From Hydrurus foetidus (Eukaryota): a stretch of DNA of 64,000 nt. Below are positions 1-10,578 of the stretch, one piece after another. Under the pieces are notes generated by a model. The model had not been told where the DNA came from. It saw nothing but the letters and a program-made list of their open reading frames with translations, and made no database searches. Positions within the stretch are counted from its first letter, which is position 1. The number at the start of each line of letters is the position of its first letter. The stretch covers positions 124,001 through 188,000 of the forward strand of contig UYFQ01000004.1 in NCBI GenBank assembly GCA_900617105.1, read 5' to 3'. A program made the position numbers and the translations under genes.

Positions 1-1
1 A

Positions 2-1969
2 TCAGTTGATCTTCACCATGCCACCTTTGAGGGTCAGCATGCCGCCGCCATCCACCGTTTGTGTCGCAGATGCCTTGCTATTGACCATGGCACCTTCGTT
101 GTCCAGCGTAGTGCCAGCCTTATTCTTGAGGCCGGTCCCGGCCTGATTGGTTAGCTCCGTTCCGGCCTTGTTGGTCAAGGCAGTCCCTGCCTCATTGGTG
201 AACGTGGTGCCAGCCTTGCTCGACACGCTGCTGGCCGATTTGATGGTGATCGTGCCGGTGACATCGATCAGCAGGTCGCCCGTTACCTTGAGTTCGTATT
301 TGCCGGTGACCGTCTGCTGAAAATCCGCCTTGTTGGTATGCGTTTCGTTGCCGGTGATGGTCAAATCTCGCGTGCCCTTGACGTTGTGGGTTTCCTTGCC
401 GGTCTGCACGTCAACGGTGCGGTCGCCTTTTTCCAGGGTGTGGATTTCAGCGCCCTTGTGCAGCGTGGTGGTCAGATCATTTTCAATCTCCACCTTCATG
501 TCCTTCTGGGCGTGAAAGTAAAACTCCTCGGAATCCTTTTTATCTTCCATGCGCATCTCGTTCCCGGCAGCGCCCTCTTTGGAGGAGCGCGACTTGATGG
601 TGCTCTGGGTTTGCATGGATGGCAGCGCAACCGGCGGCACGTTCTCGGCGTTGTAGACGCTACCGGTCACCAGCGGGCGGTCCGGGTCGCCGTCCACGAA
701 GCTGACGACGACTTCCTGCCCAATGCGCGGCAAAAACAGGCTGCCCCAGCCCTTGCCGGCCCACGACTGCGCAACCCGAACCCAGCAAGAGCTTTTGTCA
801 TCCTTGGCACCCAGCCGGTCCCAATGGAACTGCACTTTGATGCGCCCGTGTTCATCGGTCCAGATTTCCTCGCCCGAAGGGCCGACCACGAAGGCCGTCT
901 GGCTGCCCGATACTCTTGGCAAAGCGGTATGGCGTGGCGTGCGGTAAGGCACTGTGGCATCAAACGCTTCAAACGCATTGCAGTACTGGTCCGGGCTGGC
1001 CCAGTGTGTCACCGAGCGCAATACCAAGGCCGCGTTCAGGCTTGCACGCGGGTGGTCCGTTAAGTTGAACTTGGTTCCTGCCGTTAGCGGATAGCTGTAG
1101 CTGGTGCCACGGCAGATCGCGCCCTGGTTTTGGCTGGCCTGAGAACGCACGGTGGCACGCTGCGTTCCATCAGCGGCTACCGCATGGTTGCCGGGATAGA
1201 CAAACTGTTTTCCCTTGCCGAGGGTACCGTCCACCTCGGCTTTCAGCGCAGTGGTGGGCGTGAGGTAATTGAAATCGCCGAACTCAAACTTCTGCGACAC
1301 CAGCCGGCTTTCCAACTCCAGCTGGTTGACGATGGTCATGCGTCGGCGGCCATCCTGGTCCGGGAAATACTTCAGGTCAGTGGCATCGGCACACACCGTG
1401 TGCGCACTGGCAGCGTCGGCCAGCACCATAGTGTGTACGCCGTCGGCGAACGTAAAGTAGTAGAAGATGCCTTCTTCCTCCATCAGCCGTGCAATGAAGT
1501 CGAATGCGGTCTCGTCGTACTGGACGCAGTATTCGCGGACGCCGTAGGTGCCGGTGAGCTTGGCATCAAACACCACGGCGAAGTCTCCAAGCACTTCCTT
1601 GATGATGTCGGCCGCCGTCTTCTTCTGGTAAATCTTGCGGTCGCGGCTGAGTGTCAGCAGCCAGAGCGTAGGCACCATTTCCGCAGTGTAGAAAGAGAAT
1701 GCGTCGTCCCCTCCGGCATGCAGAAACCGCGAGGCAATGCCACTGAAATAGCGCTTTGGCCCCTTGGGCACCTGAAGTTTGACCGTCATGATCGCGCCGA
1801 TGATGGTCTTAGGGTCCAACGTCGCTTTGGCAGCGCGCATGGACAGCGAGAATTTAAAGGGCTCGGAGATGGCCTCCACACCGTGGAAGGTATCCAAGAT
1901 CAATGCATCTGCGCCGAAGGGCGTGGTCACACTCATCACGGAGTTCTGTTGGGTAAAGCCTTCACGCAT
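2..1969 (-). CDS. vgrG: T6SS spike protein VgrG (TssI), canonical length, no C-terminal effector extension
   Basis: YCVQYDETAFDFIARLMEEEGIFYYF, TDEHGRIKVQFHWDR, PRIGQEVVVSFVDGDPDRP; C-terminal 8-aa AGTxLxNx beta-helix repeats. Confidence 0.96.
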   Translation of the reverse strand: MREGFTQQNSVMSVTTPFGADALILDTFHGVEAISEPFKFSLSMRAAKATLDPKTIIGAIMTVKLQVPKGPKRYFSGIASRFLHAGGDDAFSFYTAEMVPTLWLLTLSRDRKIYQKKTAADIIKEVLGDFAVVFDAKLTGTYGVREYCVQYDETAFDFIARLMEEEGIFYYFTFADGVHTMVLADAASAHTVCADATDLKYFPDQDGRRRMTIVNQLELESRLVSQKFEFGDFNYLTPTTALKAEVDGTLGKGKQFVYPGNHAVAADGTQRATVRSQASQNQGAICRGTSYSYPLTAGTKFNLTDHPRASLNAALVLRSVTHWASPDQYCNAFEAFDATVPYRTPRHTALPRVSGSQTAFVVGPSGEEIWTDEHGRIKVQFHWDRLGAKDDKSSCWVRVAQSWAGKGWGSLFLPRIGQEVVVSFVDGDPDRPLVTGSVYNAENVPPVALPSMQTQSTIKSRSSKEGAAGNEMRMEDKKDSEEFYFHAQKDMKVEIENDLTTTLHKGAEIHTLEKGDRTVDVQTGKETHNVKGTRDLTITGNETHTNKADFQQTVTGKYELKVTGDLLIDVTGTITIKSASSVSSKAGTTFTNEAGTALTNKAGTELTNQAGTGLKNKAGTTLDNEGAMVNSKASATQTVDGGGMLTLKGGMVKIN

Positions 1970-1975
1970 TGCCGG

Positions 1976-4669
1976 TCAGTCCTCGGATGTCAGCGCAAAC
2001 TCGAACTGGAACTGGTCCGTGTCATCCAGTCGCACATACACCGCATTGAAATCATCCGCCGTGGCAATGCACTCCAGCACGCGCCGCGACAGTTCTGGCA
2101 ACAAGGCGTGCGACAAGATGTGGTCCACATTGCGGGCACCGCTGTCGACTTCGGTGCAGCGCGCCACAATGGCGTTTTCCACATCCTCACCCCATGCCAG
2201 CACAGCCTTGTGATTGTTGGCAAAACGCTGCGCCAGCTTGTCCAGTTTGTGCCGCACGATAGCGCGTATCTGCGCATCCCCCAGCGGGTAGTACGGAACT
2301 AGGGTCAAACGCCCCAGAAAGGCCGGCGAGAACTGCCGCAGCAATTCGGGGCGTAGCGCTTCCACCAGTGCACTCGCTGACGGCCGCGCGTTGCCCGCGC
2401 ATGCCTGGGTGATGACGTCCTGTGCCGCGTTGGACGTCAGCAAAATAAGCGTGTTCTTGAAATCAATCTGCACGCCTTCGCCATCTTCCATCGTGCCCTT
2501 GTCAAAGACCTGGAAGAACAACTCCAGCACATCCGGATGGGCCTTCTCCATCTCGTCCAGCAGAACCACGCTATAGGGTCTGCGACGCACGGCTTCGGTC
2601 AACACGCCGCCTTTGCCGTAACCGACGTAGCCGGGTGGCGCGCCTTTGAGGTTGGAGACCGAATGCGCCTCCTGAAACTCTGACATGTTCACCGTCACCA
2701 TGTTGCGGTCACCGCCGTACATCAGATCGGCCAGTGCATACGCGGTTTCTGTCTTGCCCACACCGCTAGGTCCCACCAGCATAAAGACGCCTACCGGTTT
2801 GCCCGGATCATCCAGGTCTGCGCGCGAGGTGCGTACTCGCCGGGCGATGGCATCCAGCGCCGCGTCCTGCCCCACCACCCGCTCTGCCAGGCGCTCCTTG
2901 AGGTGCAGCACCGTGTGCAATTCGTCAGCCAGCACCTTGCCAATGGGAATGCCGGTCCAGCCCGATACCACCGCCGCCACCGCCGTGGAGTCGACGTAGA
3001 CGGGGACCAACGGCTCATCGCTGCGGATAGCTTCCAGCCCTTTTTCCAGTCGCACCAGATTGGCGGACGTCCATCCTGCATCTTCACCAATTTCGACTGG
3101 GGCGTTTGCATCCGCCTGCTGGGCGAGACGGCGGCGCAGCACAATGATCTCCGCAACAGCCCGTTTTTCTTCAGCCAACTTCTCGTCCAACCGTTCCTTG
3201 TCCTGCTTGTACCGAGCGATCTCGGCGGTCAGACTTTGGATGGCACTGGCATGGTCTCGCCCTGCAGCAACCTCGCGCCTGTAGATGCGCAACTGAACTT
3301 CTGCATTGGCAATCTCACGTTCCAGATTTTCCAGCTCCGGCGGCAAACCGCTTTGGCCGACCGCTACGCGCGCGCACGCCGTGTCGAGCACGCTGATGGC
3401 CTTGTCCGGCAACTGGCGCCCAGTGATGTAGCGGTGTGAGAGCTTGACGGCGTCCCGGACCGCATCGTCCACAATCTCTACGTTGTGGTGCTTCTCCAGC
3501 GTGGCGACCATTCCACGCAACATCTCAATAGCGACTTCTTCCGTGGGCTCATCAACTTTGACGACTTGAAACCGACGCGCCAAGGCGGGGTCTCGTTCAA
3601 CGTATTTTTTGTATTCGGCCCACGTAGTCGCGGCGATGGTACGCAACTCGCCCCGCGCCAATGCGGGCTTGAGGAGGTTGGCCGCATCGCCTTGGCCTTC
3701 TGCCCCGCCGGCACCAATCAGCTGATGCGCTTCATCGATGAACAAAATGATGGGCTGGGCCGAAGCCTTGACCTCGTTGATGACGGACTTCAGGCGATTC
3801 TCAAACTCACCCTTGATGCCCGCACCGGCCTGGAGCAGGGCAAGGTCGAGTGAGCGCACGGACACATTTTTCAGCGCTGCCGGCACGAGCCCCTGAACCA
3901 CACGCTGTGCAAATCCTTCCACCACGGCCGTTTTGCCTACGCCGGCCTCCCCGGTGAGGATGGGGTTGTTCTGACGACGGCGCAACAGTACGTCGATCAG
4001 CTGGCGGATTTCAGCATCACGGCCCCGGATGGGATCTATTTTTCCTTGTCGCGCCCACTCTGTGAGGTCCAAAGTGTATTGGTCCAGTGAAGGTGTGCTG
4101 CCTGCCGCGCTGGAGCGACTTGGCATCTGCGCGTGCGGCATTGAGCCCGCCGACGCTAACATCCCACTATCCAGCGAACTACCGGGACCACCTGCCTCTG
4201 TCGAACCACGCAACCATCCCGACAAGCCGTTGCGCAGTGATTCGCGCGGAATCTGCAGCAGTCCGGGCGCAGACTCCAGCAACACGCCACGCAGAGCATC
4301 TACCTCAAGGGCTGCCAGTAGCACCGTGCCCGAGCGGATTCGCTGTTCCCCTAGCAGCATGGAACTCAACAGCCAAGCCTCTTGCAACAGAGGGGCCAAG
4401 TGCGGCGAAAGCGCAGGTGTTCGCGCGTTGCCGCGCTTGAAGTGGTCCATGGCTTGCTGCAATTGATGTGCAATGGCATTGGGCGGGATCGCAAAGTGGG
4501 TCAACAATGATGTCCAGTCCGGCACATCGCTATCTATCAGCGTAAAGAAAAAATGCTCAATCTCGACGTTGTAGTGCGTCTGCTGCACACAGAGTTCGGC
4601 CGCGCGCTCCAACGCCCTCTTGCATTCAGGATTCAGTTTTCCAAGAAGGGTACGGGTATCTATTTCCAC
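1976..4669 (-). CDS. tssH: T6SS AAA+ ATPase ClpV/TssH
   Basis: Two Walker A motifs (GEAGVGKT, GPSGVGKT), ClpV-type N-terminus (LLGKLNPECKRALERAAELC); start moved to GTG 4669, downstream of the tssG stop. Confidence 0.96.
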   Translation of the reverse strand: MEIDTRTLLGKLNPECKRALERAAELCVQQTHYNVEIEHFFFTLIDSDVPDWTSLLTHFAIPPNAIAHQLQQAMDHFKRGNARTPALSPHLAPLLQEAWLLSSMLLGEQRIRSGTVLLAALEVDALRGVLLESAPGLLQIPRESLRNGLSGWLRGSTEAGGPGSSLDSGMLASAGSMPHAQMPSRSSAAGSTPSLDQYTLDLTEWARQGKIDPIRGRDAEIRQLIDVLLRRRQNNPILTGEAGVGKTAVVEGFAQRVVQGLVPAALKNVSVRSLDLALLQAGAGIKGEFENRLKSVINEVKASAQPIILFIDEAHQLIGAGGAEGQGDAANLLKPALARGELRTIAATTWAEYKKYVERDPALARRFQVVKVDEPTEEVAIEMLRGMVATLEKHHNVEIVDDAVRDAVKLSHRYITGRQLPDKAISVLDTACARVAVGQSGLPPELENLEREIANAEVQLRIYRREVAAGRDHASAIQSLTAEIARYKQDKERLDEKLAEEKRAVAEIIVLRRRLAQQADANAPVEIGEDAGWTSANLVRLEKGLEAIRSDEPLVPVYVDSTAVAAVVSGWTGIPIGKVLADELHTVLHLKERLAERVVGQDAALDAIARRVRTSRADLDDPGKPVGVFMLVGPSGVGKTETAYALADLMYGGDRNMVTVNMSEFQEAHSVSNLKGAPPGYVGYGKGGVLTEAVRRRPYSVVLLDEMEKAHPDVLELFFQVFDKGTMEDGEGVQIDFKNTLILLTSNAAQDVITQACAGNARPSASALVEALRPELLRQFSPAFLGRLTLVPYYPLGDAQIRAIVRHKLDKLAQRFANNHKAVLAWGEDVENAIVARCTEVDSGARNVDHILSHALLPELSRRVLECIATADDFNAVYVRLDDTDQFQFEFALTSED

Positions 4670-4685
4670 GGTCGGTCCCAATTGC

Positions 4686-5738
4686 TCATTGCGCCGCCAT
4701 GGCGGATTCGCCCAGCTTGAAACGTACAGGCGGCAGCTCAGATGACGCAGTAGAGTGCGAAACCAGCCAAGAAGTCCACCCCAGACGTACGGGCTGTCGG
4801 CCACTCAACGTAAGCGGTGGCAAATCATCCGGGCGAACTTGAAGAACCATTTCCACGTCTAAATCTTGCGGCAAATAGCGCCGCGCCATCCAGCAAAGTA
4901 ACGCGTGCTCGCTTCCTCCCTTGAGCAACTGCTGCAAGCGGGCCAACCCCAGCGCATGGAATGTGATGCAGATACCTGCACTTTGATCCCAAACCCGCGC
5001 GCCCAAGACCGCCGAGCGCCCCAAGCGAGGAGCGCGACCTCGCCCTCCGAGACGCAAAACCTCCGTCGGCTCCAGTAAACGCCAGCCACCGCAGAATTGC
5101 CGGGCCGATGCGCGCACGCCCAAGCGATGGGACAACATCGCCAACAAGCCGCTGATTGAACGTGGCGCACCGCCCAGCAGGCCCGCGTGTTCGATCCATC
5201 CTGCATCGCCCTCCGGCGCACGCACACCCGCCTTCAGCCCCAGCGCGCTGAGCGCGTCAAGGCAGTAAGCCAGCGGCGAAGCGGCAGGAGCCAGTCCATT
5301 GAGCCCCATGTTGTGCTTCTTGCGGCTGCGGTACAAAAAGGCCAGAAAACGGTGATTGAAAATGTCAAGGAAATCGGCGGTGGCGTAGTCCCGCGCGGCA
5401 GTACGCTCCAGCACCATTTCAGTAAAGGGCAGCGGCAGCGGCCCATTCGCTCCTGCCAACGACATCACCGCCGTATGCAAGACAAACTGCGTGTCGCCCG
5501 ACTCCTGCACGCTCACCTTACTGACGTCACTGGCCTGAAAACCTAACGAGACAACGGAGCGCAGGCGCACGGGCAACCGCATGGCATCGCCTTGCTGCTG
5601 AGGCGCCTGCACGTCCGCACCGGCCTCACGCTCCAACAGGCTGATGGCCTGGAAGAGGTTGTAGCCCTGTGGCTTGGCAACTAGTCCTTCGACTAGAGAA
5701 CCAGTTGGCGGCCGCTCATCGGTTCCCATTGCTTCCAT
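4686..5738 (-). CDS. tssG: T6SS baseplate subunit TssG
   Basis: LAGANGPLPLPFTE, DFLDIFNHRF, LGWTSWL motifs; lies between tssF and tssH. Confidence 0.93.
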   Translation of the reverse strand: MEAMGTDERPPTGSLVEGLVAKPQGYNLFQAISLLEREAGADVQAPQQQGDAMRLPVRLRSVVSLGFQASDVSKVSVQESGDTQFVLHTAVMSLAGANGPLPLPFTEMVLERTAARDYATADFLDIFNHRFLAFLYRSRKKHNMGLNGLAPAASPLAYCLDALSALGLKAGVRAPEGDAGWIEHAGLLGGAPRSISGLLAMLSHRLGVRASARQFCGGWRLLEPTEVLRLGGRGRAPRLGRSAVLGARVWDQSAGICITFHALGLARLQQLLKGGSEHALLCWMARRYLPQDLDVEMVLQVRPDDLPPLTLSGRQPVRLGWTSWLVSHSTASSELPPVRFKLGESAMAAQ

Positions 5739-7459
5739 ATCTCGTCACCGCGGTACACGCGCAGTTGAACAAATGAATTGACGGAGGTGTACAGCGCAAA
5801 AAACCGCGCCAACGCTGCCGACATGAGAAGACGCGAGCCGCCGACAAAAGCCTCTTCGTCAAACTCCAGGGCGATTTCTGTGCCCCTGCAGTATCCGCGC
5901 CACGCGTCAGTCCCAATGTGACCCGTGACACTGCGCGCTTTGAGACTGCGTATGCCTCGGATCTGCTCATGGTCACGCGTGCTGTCGGACGCAAAGAGAC
6001 TCAGCATTTCGCGCAATTGGTCCTTGCCTGTAGAGCCATCGACCAACGACTGGTGGCTCAGCGTCAAAAGCGAGACAAGTCGCCACAGCGTTTCGCTGCC
6101 CAACGGCGGGTTGCGCTGCGACGTAGGCTCATACAAGCAGCGTACGGCAGCCGTGTCAGAAATGCCTTCGGCAACCATGCGCGCATTGCGTGGCACCTGC
6201 TCGGCAAGTCGCCGGTTGGTGCACAGCACATTGGCATACACCACAGGTTGTGCTGGTGTGATGAATGATTTGGTCTGGTCCACAAATGAGAGGAATACAT
6301 CGGTACCAGATATGTCGCGACGCAGGCTTTGCTCCCGCCGGGCAGACCAGTAGCAGGTCGGGGCTCCCGTTCGCGCGTGGCTCAGGGCGGCGAAGCTGGG
6401 CACGGCCACAGGACGCTGCGCATTCGGATCTGATGCAGTCACCGACACAATGGAGTGCACCTCCGTACTGGACTCGCGCTGCCGATCTCCCACCAAACGG
6501 TATTCATAGTGCTTCTGGTCGATCAGCAACGGCTCACTGGTGCGCGAAAAAAGATTGATGATGGGTGTGCACCCAAGCTGAAATTGGTCTGGAGAAACAC
6601 CTGCAACGCCTCTGGCTGGCTGCGCCATGACCAAGCGAAGTTCAAAGCGCCGCCCCTGGCCCAATTTGCCGCGCAGATTGCAAAGATCAAAAAAATGGAA
6701 TTTGCCGGGGAATGCAAAATACTCCTGCATCAATCCATACGCCGGTTGCGCGTTCGGCGGCAACGGCAAGACGTTCTCGGTCTCGCCATAGCCCACTTCG
6801 CGCCACGAATTCGCAGGGAGAAACTGGGGCGCCCCACCTGCGGGGGTAAGTGTCGCCGTCACAACATCGGCCACCAAGAACTCGTACAGCGGAATGGTCG
6901 CCATCCAGTCGCCGTGCAAATGCACGCGCAAGCTATCTATTTCCAGCTCGGCCAAATCCGAATCCGCACCGCATTCGAACGTCAGGCGCAAAGCGCTATT
7001 GCCCCCTTCCAAGACGGCCTCCGTCACACTCAACGGCCACAGAACCGAATGCCAAGCCGTTCGAAAGCGGCATTGCTGGCCATCCGATGCGTTCGCATAA
7101 AGCGCTGAATGCTGGGGCACCTGGAAGCCAGAGGTGACTTTCCCCTGCTTCGGATCCAGTTGGAATTGCGCAACCGACATGGAGGGTATTGGCTGCACCA
7201 AAGAAGGACAAAGGTTGTCCAGCAAGGCAGCCGCAACCTGCGGAAATTCGCGGTCCAGATCCTGGTGCACACGCGCTGCCAAGAAGGCGACGGACTCGAT
7301 GAGCCGCTCGGTATGCGGATCCAATGACTCGGAGCCATGCAGCGCCAAACTGGACGCGACCTTGGGATAGCGGGCAGCAAAGTCGGAGCCCTGCTCACGC
7401 AAATAGGTTAGTTCACGCTTGTAGTACTGGAGCAGATCGCTGTGAATGACGTCAGCCAC
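5693..7459 (-). CDS. tssF: T6SS baseplate subunit TssF
   Basis: YYKRELTYLRE, DPHTERLIESVAFLAARV, LGCTPIINLF, FFALYTSVNSFVQL. Confidence 0.96.
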   Translation of the reverse strand: MADVIHSDLLQYYKRELTYLREQGSDFAARYPKVASSLALHGSESLDPHTERLIESVAFLAARVHQDLDREFPQVAAALLDNLCPSLVQPIPSMSVAQFQLDPKQGKVTSGFQVPQHSALYANASDGQQCRFRTAWHSVLWPLSVTEAVLEGGNSALRLTFECGADSDLAELEIDSLRVHLHGDWMATIPLYEFLVADVVTATLTPAGGAPQFLPANSWREVGYGETENVLPLPPNAQPAYGLMQEYFAFPGKFHFFDLCNLRGKLGQGRRFELRLVMAQPARGVAGVSPDQFQLGCTPIINLFSRTSEPLLIDQKHYEYRLVGDRQRESSTEVHSIVSVTASDPNAQRPVAVPSFAALSHARTGAPTCYWSARREQSLRRDISGTDVFLSFVDQTKSFITPAQPVVYANVLCTNRRLAEQVPRNARMVAEGISDTAAVRCLYEPTSQRNPPLGSETLWRLVSLLTLSHQSLVDGSTGKDQLREMLSLFASDSTRDHEQIRGIRSLKARSVTGHIGTDAWRGYCRGTEIALEFDEEAFVGGSRLLMSAALARFFALYTSVNSFVQLRVYRGDEIWKQWEPMSGRQLVL

Positions 7460-7461
7460 CG

Positions 7462-7914
7462 TTAATTCGCCTTTGCCAGACCGCCGTGCCGAGGATCCAG
7501 CTGAAGTTCAAAGCTAAGTGAGCGCAACTTCATGCCAATGGTGACCGCGCCACTAATGGCCACCCGAGTCGTTGCATCGGCTGCAGAAGATTCCGCCTTC
7601 ACAAAGACATTCTTTAGTCGGGGTTCATACATGCCAATGGCCTTGGCAATCGCCAACTGCAACAGATCCAGATCAGACTGCGAACGGGAAGACAAAGCCG
7701 AGACATCAGGTATACCGTAGTCCAGGGTTGTGCCACTGCTGTTCAGAAAATCACTCACGACCAGCCCGGAGCGGGTATTGAGTAAACGGGACAGCTCCCG
7801 CCCAATAGATAGCTCAAGTTGGGCCGGCGACATGGTTTGCCCAAACCGCGCCGCGTCACCACCTTGCAAGCGCTCGAAAAGCGGGACGCTGGCACCGCGG
7901 ATGAGTTCTGCCAT
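7462..7914 (-). CDS. tssE: T6SS baseplate subunit TssE (gp25-like)
   Basis: PLFERL, LSRLLNTR, LDYGIPD, YEPRL motifs. Confidence 0.92.
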   Translation of the reverse strand: MAELIRGASVPLFERLQGGDAARFGQTMSPAQLELSIGRELSRLLNTRSGLVVSDFLNSSGTTLDYGIPDVSALSSRSQSDLDLLQLAIAKAIGMYEPRLKNVFVKAESSAADATTRVAISGAVTIGMKLRSLSFELQLDPRHGGLAKAN

Positions 7915-7974
7915 TCAAGAAATTCCTCATCCGAATAGTGGGTGCCAGTCGTCTCGCAAGACGCTTGCTCTTGC

Positions 7975-8469
7975 TTAGGCGCCGGCTGCGGATTTGTTCT
8001 CGCGCGTCTTCATATCCCACGCGAAGTTAGCCGTACCTTCTGCAGTACCTTCTGGTTTCTGCTTGGTGTAGGTCGCATTGATGGCCGTGAAGTTGATCGA
8101 AAAGCTTTCGCTAGGCAAGTCACCGTGTCCAGACCCAGATGTCGAGATGCTCGAAATCATTGCGTCGCTCAAGGTGTAGTTCACCAATTCCAATTGCTCG
8201 TCTGCGTCCGTGCGAGTCACGGTCAAAACCACTTCACCCAGGTTCTTGTTGCCAGCGCAAGCCTCGGCAAGCAGCAGTGACGCGACATCCATCGTCTTTG
8301 AGCAGTTCATTTCGGAAACTTGCACTCCGCCGCTAGTGCGCTCACTATTGCCCGCATTGGAGGTCAGCGAGTTGGCCACACCCAGGCTGAAAGAATCCAA
8401 CATGATCCAGTCTTCGTAGCCCTTTTCTGTGCAATTGCCGCTAATAGTGTCAATACTTAGGTACAGCAT
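7975..8469 (-). CDS. hcp: T6SS tube protein Hcp (TssD)
   Basis: 164 aa; G..T.KGYEDWI.LDSFS, SKTMDVAS, YTLSDAMISS, PSESFSINF; lies between tssC and tssE. Confidence 0.9.
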   Translation of the reverse strand: MLYLSIDTISGNCTEKGYEDWIMLDSFSLGVANSLTSNAGNSERTSGGVQVSEMNCSKTMDVASLLLAEACAGNKNLGEVVLTVTRTDADEQLELVNYTLSDAMISSISTSGSGHGDLPSESFSINFTAINATYTKQKPEGTAEGTANFAWDMKTRENKSAAGA

Positions 8470-8510
8470 AGATAGTCCAAACAGGTTAAGTTAATCGAAT
8501 TAAAAGTGCT

Positions 8511-10001
8511 TCACGCCGCAGGGGCCGGCAGGTCAGCCACGAGACGGATGGACGCAGTCAACTCTTCCATCTGGAAATGCGGACGCAAGAACACCACAGC
8601 GCGGAAAGCACCAGGCTTGCCGGGAACCTCGGATACATCGATGCGTGCCTGGTTCAGAGGGAAACGGGCTTTCATGGCCTGGGGCGCACCTTCGTTAATT
8701 AGCACGTACGCGGAGATCCAGTTATTCAGGTAGATCTCCACTTCGCCACGGGTCTGGAAGCTGCCGACCTTGTCGCGCATGATGACCTTGAGGTAATGCG
8801 CAAAACGGGAAGCCGCCAGCACATAGGGCAGACGTGCCGACAACTGCGCATTGGAATTGGCAGCATCCTTGTCATACAGCTTGGGCTTGTTGACCGTCTG
8901 ACCACCAAAGAACGCTGCGAAATTGGAACCCTTGGAGTTGACGATGGCAATGAAGCCCAAGTCGTTCAGCTCTTTCTCACGGCGATCCGTGATCAACACT
9001 TCGGTAGGGCACTTCAGAACCACATCACCTTCATCGGTCTTGAACGCGTGAGCAGTCATGCCTTCGACCTTGCCGCCACCTTCCACGCCACGGATGGCTG
9101 TAGACCAGCCAAACTGAGCATAGGCATCAGTGATGCGAAGGCCTAGCTGGTAGGCAGAGTTAGCCCAGAGGTATTTGGAGTGGTCTTTACCGTCAACATC
9201 TTCTTCAAAGTTGAAGTTGTCGACGGGAATAGTTTTGGCACCATAAGGCAATCGGGCAGCATAGCTGGGCAATACCAGGGAGACATAACGCGAGTCTTCT
9301 GAGTCGCGGAAGCCACGCCATGTGGCGAGTTCTGCGCTTTCGAAAACTTTGGAAAGGTCGCGCGGAACGCCCAATTCGGTAAACGACTTCATGTCGAACA
9401 GAGCCGGCGCTGCTGCTGCGATAAATGGTGCATGGGCCGCTGCGGCCACTTTGGAGATGCGCTCCAACAAAGCCAAATCCTGTGGATGGCGGCCAAATTG
9501 ATAATCTCCAATCAGCAGCGAGTAGGGATGGCCGCCGAAGGTGCCATATTCTTCCTCGTAGACCTTCTTGAACAGCACGCTCATGTCGTGGTCCACCGCG
9601 GACTCCAGATCCTTGAGTAGTTCTTTCTTCGTGACGTTGAGCAGACGCAGCTTCAAGCGTGTGCTGGTTTCGGTGCCAAACACCATGTCATGCAGACCGC
9701 GCCAAGAGGCTTCCAGCTTCTGGAATGCGCTGTCGTGCATGATGGCATTGAGCTGATCCGAGAGCAATGTGTCGATCTCTGCAATGCGCTCATTGATCAT
9801 GGCGACCACACCCTTGTCTGGGCTGGTTTTCATGCCTTCATCGAGAATTTGCGAAGCAAACTGACCAATCAGCTTCTTCGCGTAGGGGTTTTGGGAAGGC
9901 TCCACAGCCATATTGCCCTCAACCACGATGCGGTCCAAAAGCCCCATCTCGCTGGTTGTGCTGGTGGCGCCTGCGCCACCGGTTTCTTGTGTAGTTGCCA
10001 T
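8511..10001 (-). CDS. tssC: T6SS contractile sheath large subunit TssC
   Basis: FQKLEASWRGL, YEEEYGTFGGHP, CPTEVLITDRREKEL, LRPHFQMEEL; ATG 10001 preferred over GTG 10010. Confidence 0.97.
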   Translation of the reverse strand: MATTQETGGAGATSTTSEMGLLDRIVVEGNMAVEPSQNPYAKKLIGQFASQILDEGMKTSPDKGVVAMINERIAEIDTLLSDQLNAIMHDSAFQKLEASWRGLHDMVFGTETSTRLKLRLLNVTKKELLKDLESAVDHDMSVLFKKVYEEEYGTFGGHPYSLLIGDYQFGRHPQDLALLERISKVAAAAHAPFIAAAAPALFDMKSFTELGVPRDLSKVFESAELATWRGFRDSEDSRYVSLVLPSYAARLPYGAKTIPVDNFNFEEDVDGKDHSKYLWANSAYQLGLRITDAYAQFGWSTAIRGVEGGGKVEGMTAHAFKTDEGDVVLKCPTEVLITDRREKELNDLGFIAIVNSKGSNFAAFFGGQTVNKPKLYDKDAANSNAQLSARLPYVLAASRFAHYLKVIMRDKVGSFQTRGEVEIYLNNWISAYVLINEGAPQAMKARFPLNQARIDVSEVPGKPGAFRAVVFLRPHFQMEELTASIRLVADLPAPAA

Positions 10002-10056
10002 GTCAATCACCGTTCAAAATGTTGAGGCCCGTGCACGTGCACGAACCTGAAAGCTG

Positions 10057-10578
10057 TTAAGACGAAGAGGCATCCGATGCGGGGGCATCGGCATTGGCCT
10101 GGGATTGGATCGTTTTGAGCTCTTCTGTGCTTTGAACGATGTTTTCAAGGAGGCTGTCCAGCTCATCGTTGCCATCCAGCTTGGCCAGCAAGTCACGCAA
10201 TTGCTGACGGGCTTCGAGCAATTTGGCCAAACGGGGGACTTGGCGAACGATGGCTTCCGGATGGAAATCGTCGTACTCTTTGAAATTGAGTTCGACCTTG
10301 ATATTGCCCTCGCCCTTCATGGCATCCGCAACGGAAAGATCCAGACGGGGGGAGATTTTGGCCATGATGCCGTTGAAATTGTCTCGGTCAATCTCAACAA
10401 ACCGACGGTCCTTCATCTTGGGCAGGGCAATCGCGGGCTGGCCCGACAGGTCGGCCATCAGGCCCACCACCATGGGGAGCTCTTTCTTCTCGACGGCGTC
10501 ACCAATTTCAACGTCGTATGTGATTTGAACCCGTGGTGGACGGTTGCGGCCCACCCAATTTTGCAAACTGTCAGACAT
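10057..10578 (-). CDS. tssB: T6SS contractile sheath small subunit TssB
   Basis: RPPRVQITYDVE, ELPMVVGLMADLSG, RFVEIDRDNF, DFHPEAI. Confidence 0.97.
   Translation of the reverse strand: MSDSLQNWVGRNRPPRVQITYDVEIGDAVEKKELPMVVGLMADLSGQPAIALPKMKDRRFVEIDRDNFNGIMAKISPRLDLSVADAMKGEGNIKVELNFKEYDDFHPEAIVRQVPRLAKLLEARQQLRDLLAKLDGNDELDSLLENIVQSTEELKTIQSQANADAPASDASSS

Noticed and set aside
96..217. 24-bp periodic repeats at the vgrG 3' end
   Set aside because: They encode the normal 8-residue beta-helix repeats of the spike; not a CRISPR array or separate element
4670..4804. N-terminal 45 residues of the 942-aa TssH ORF
   Set aside because: Overlaps tssG; ClpV similarity begins at GTG 4669
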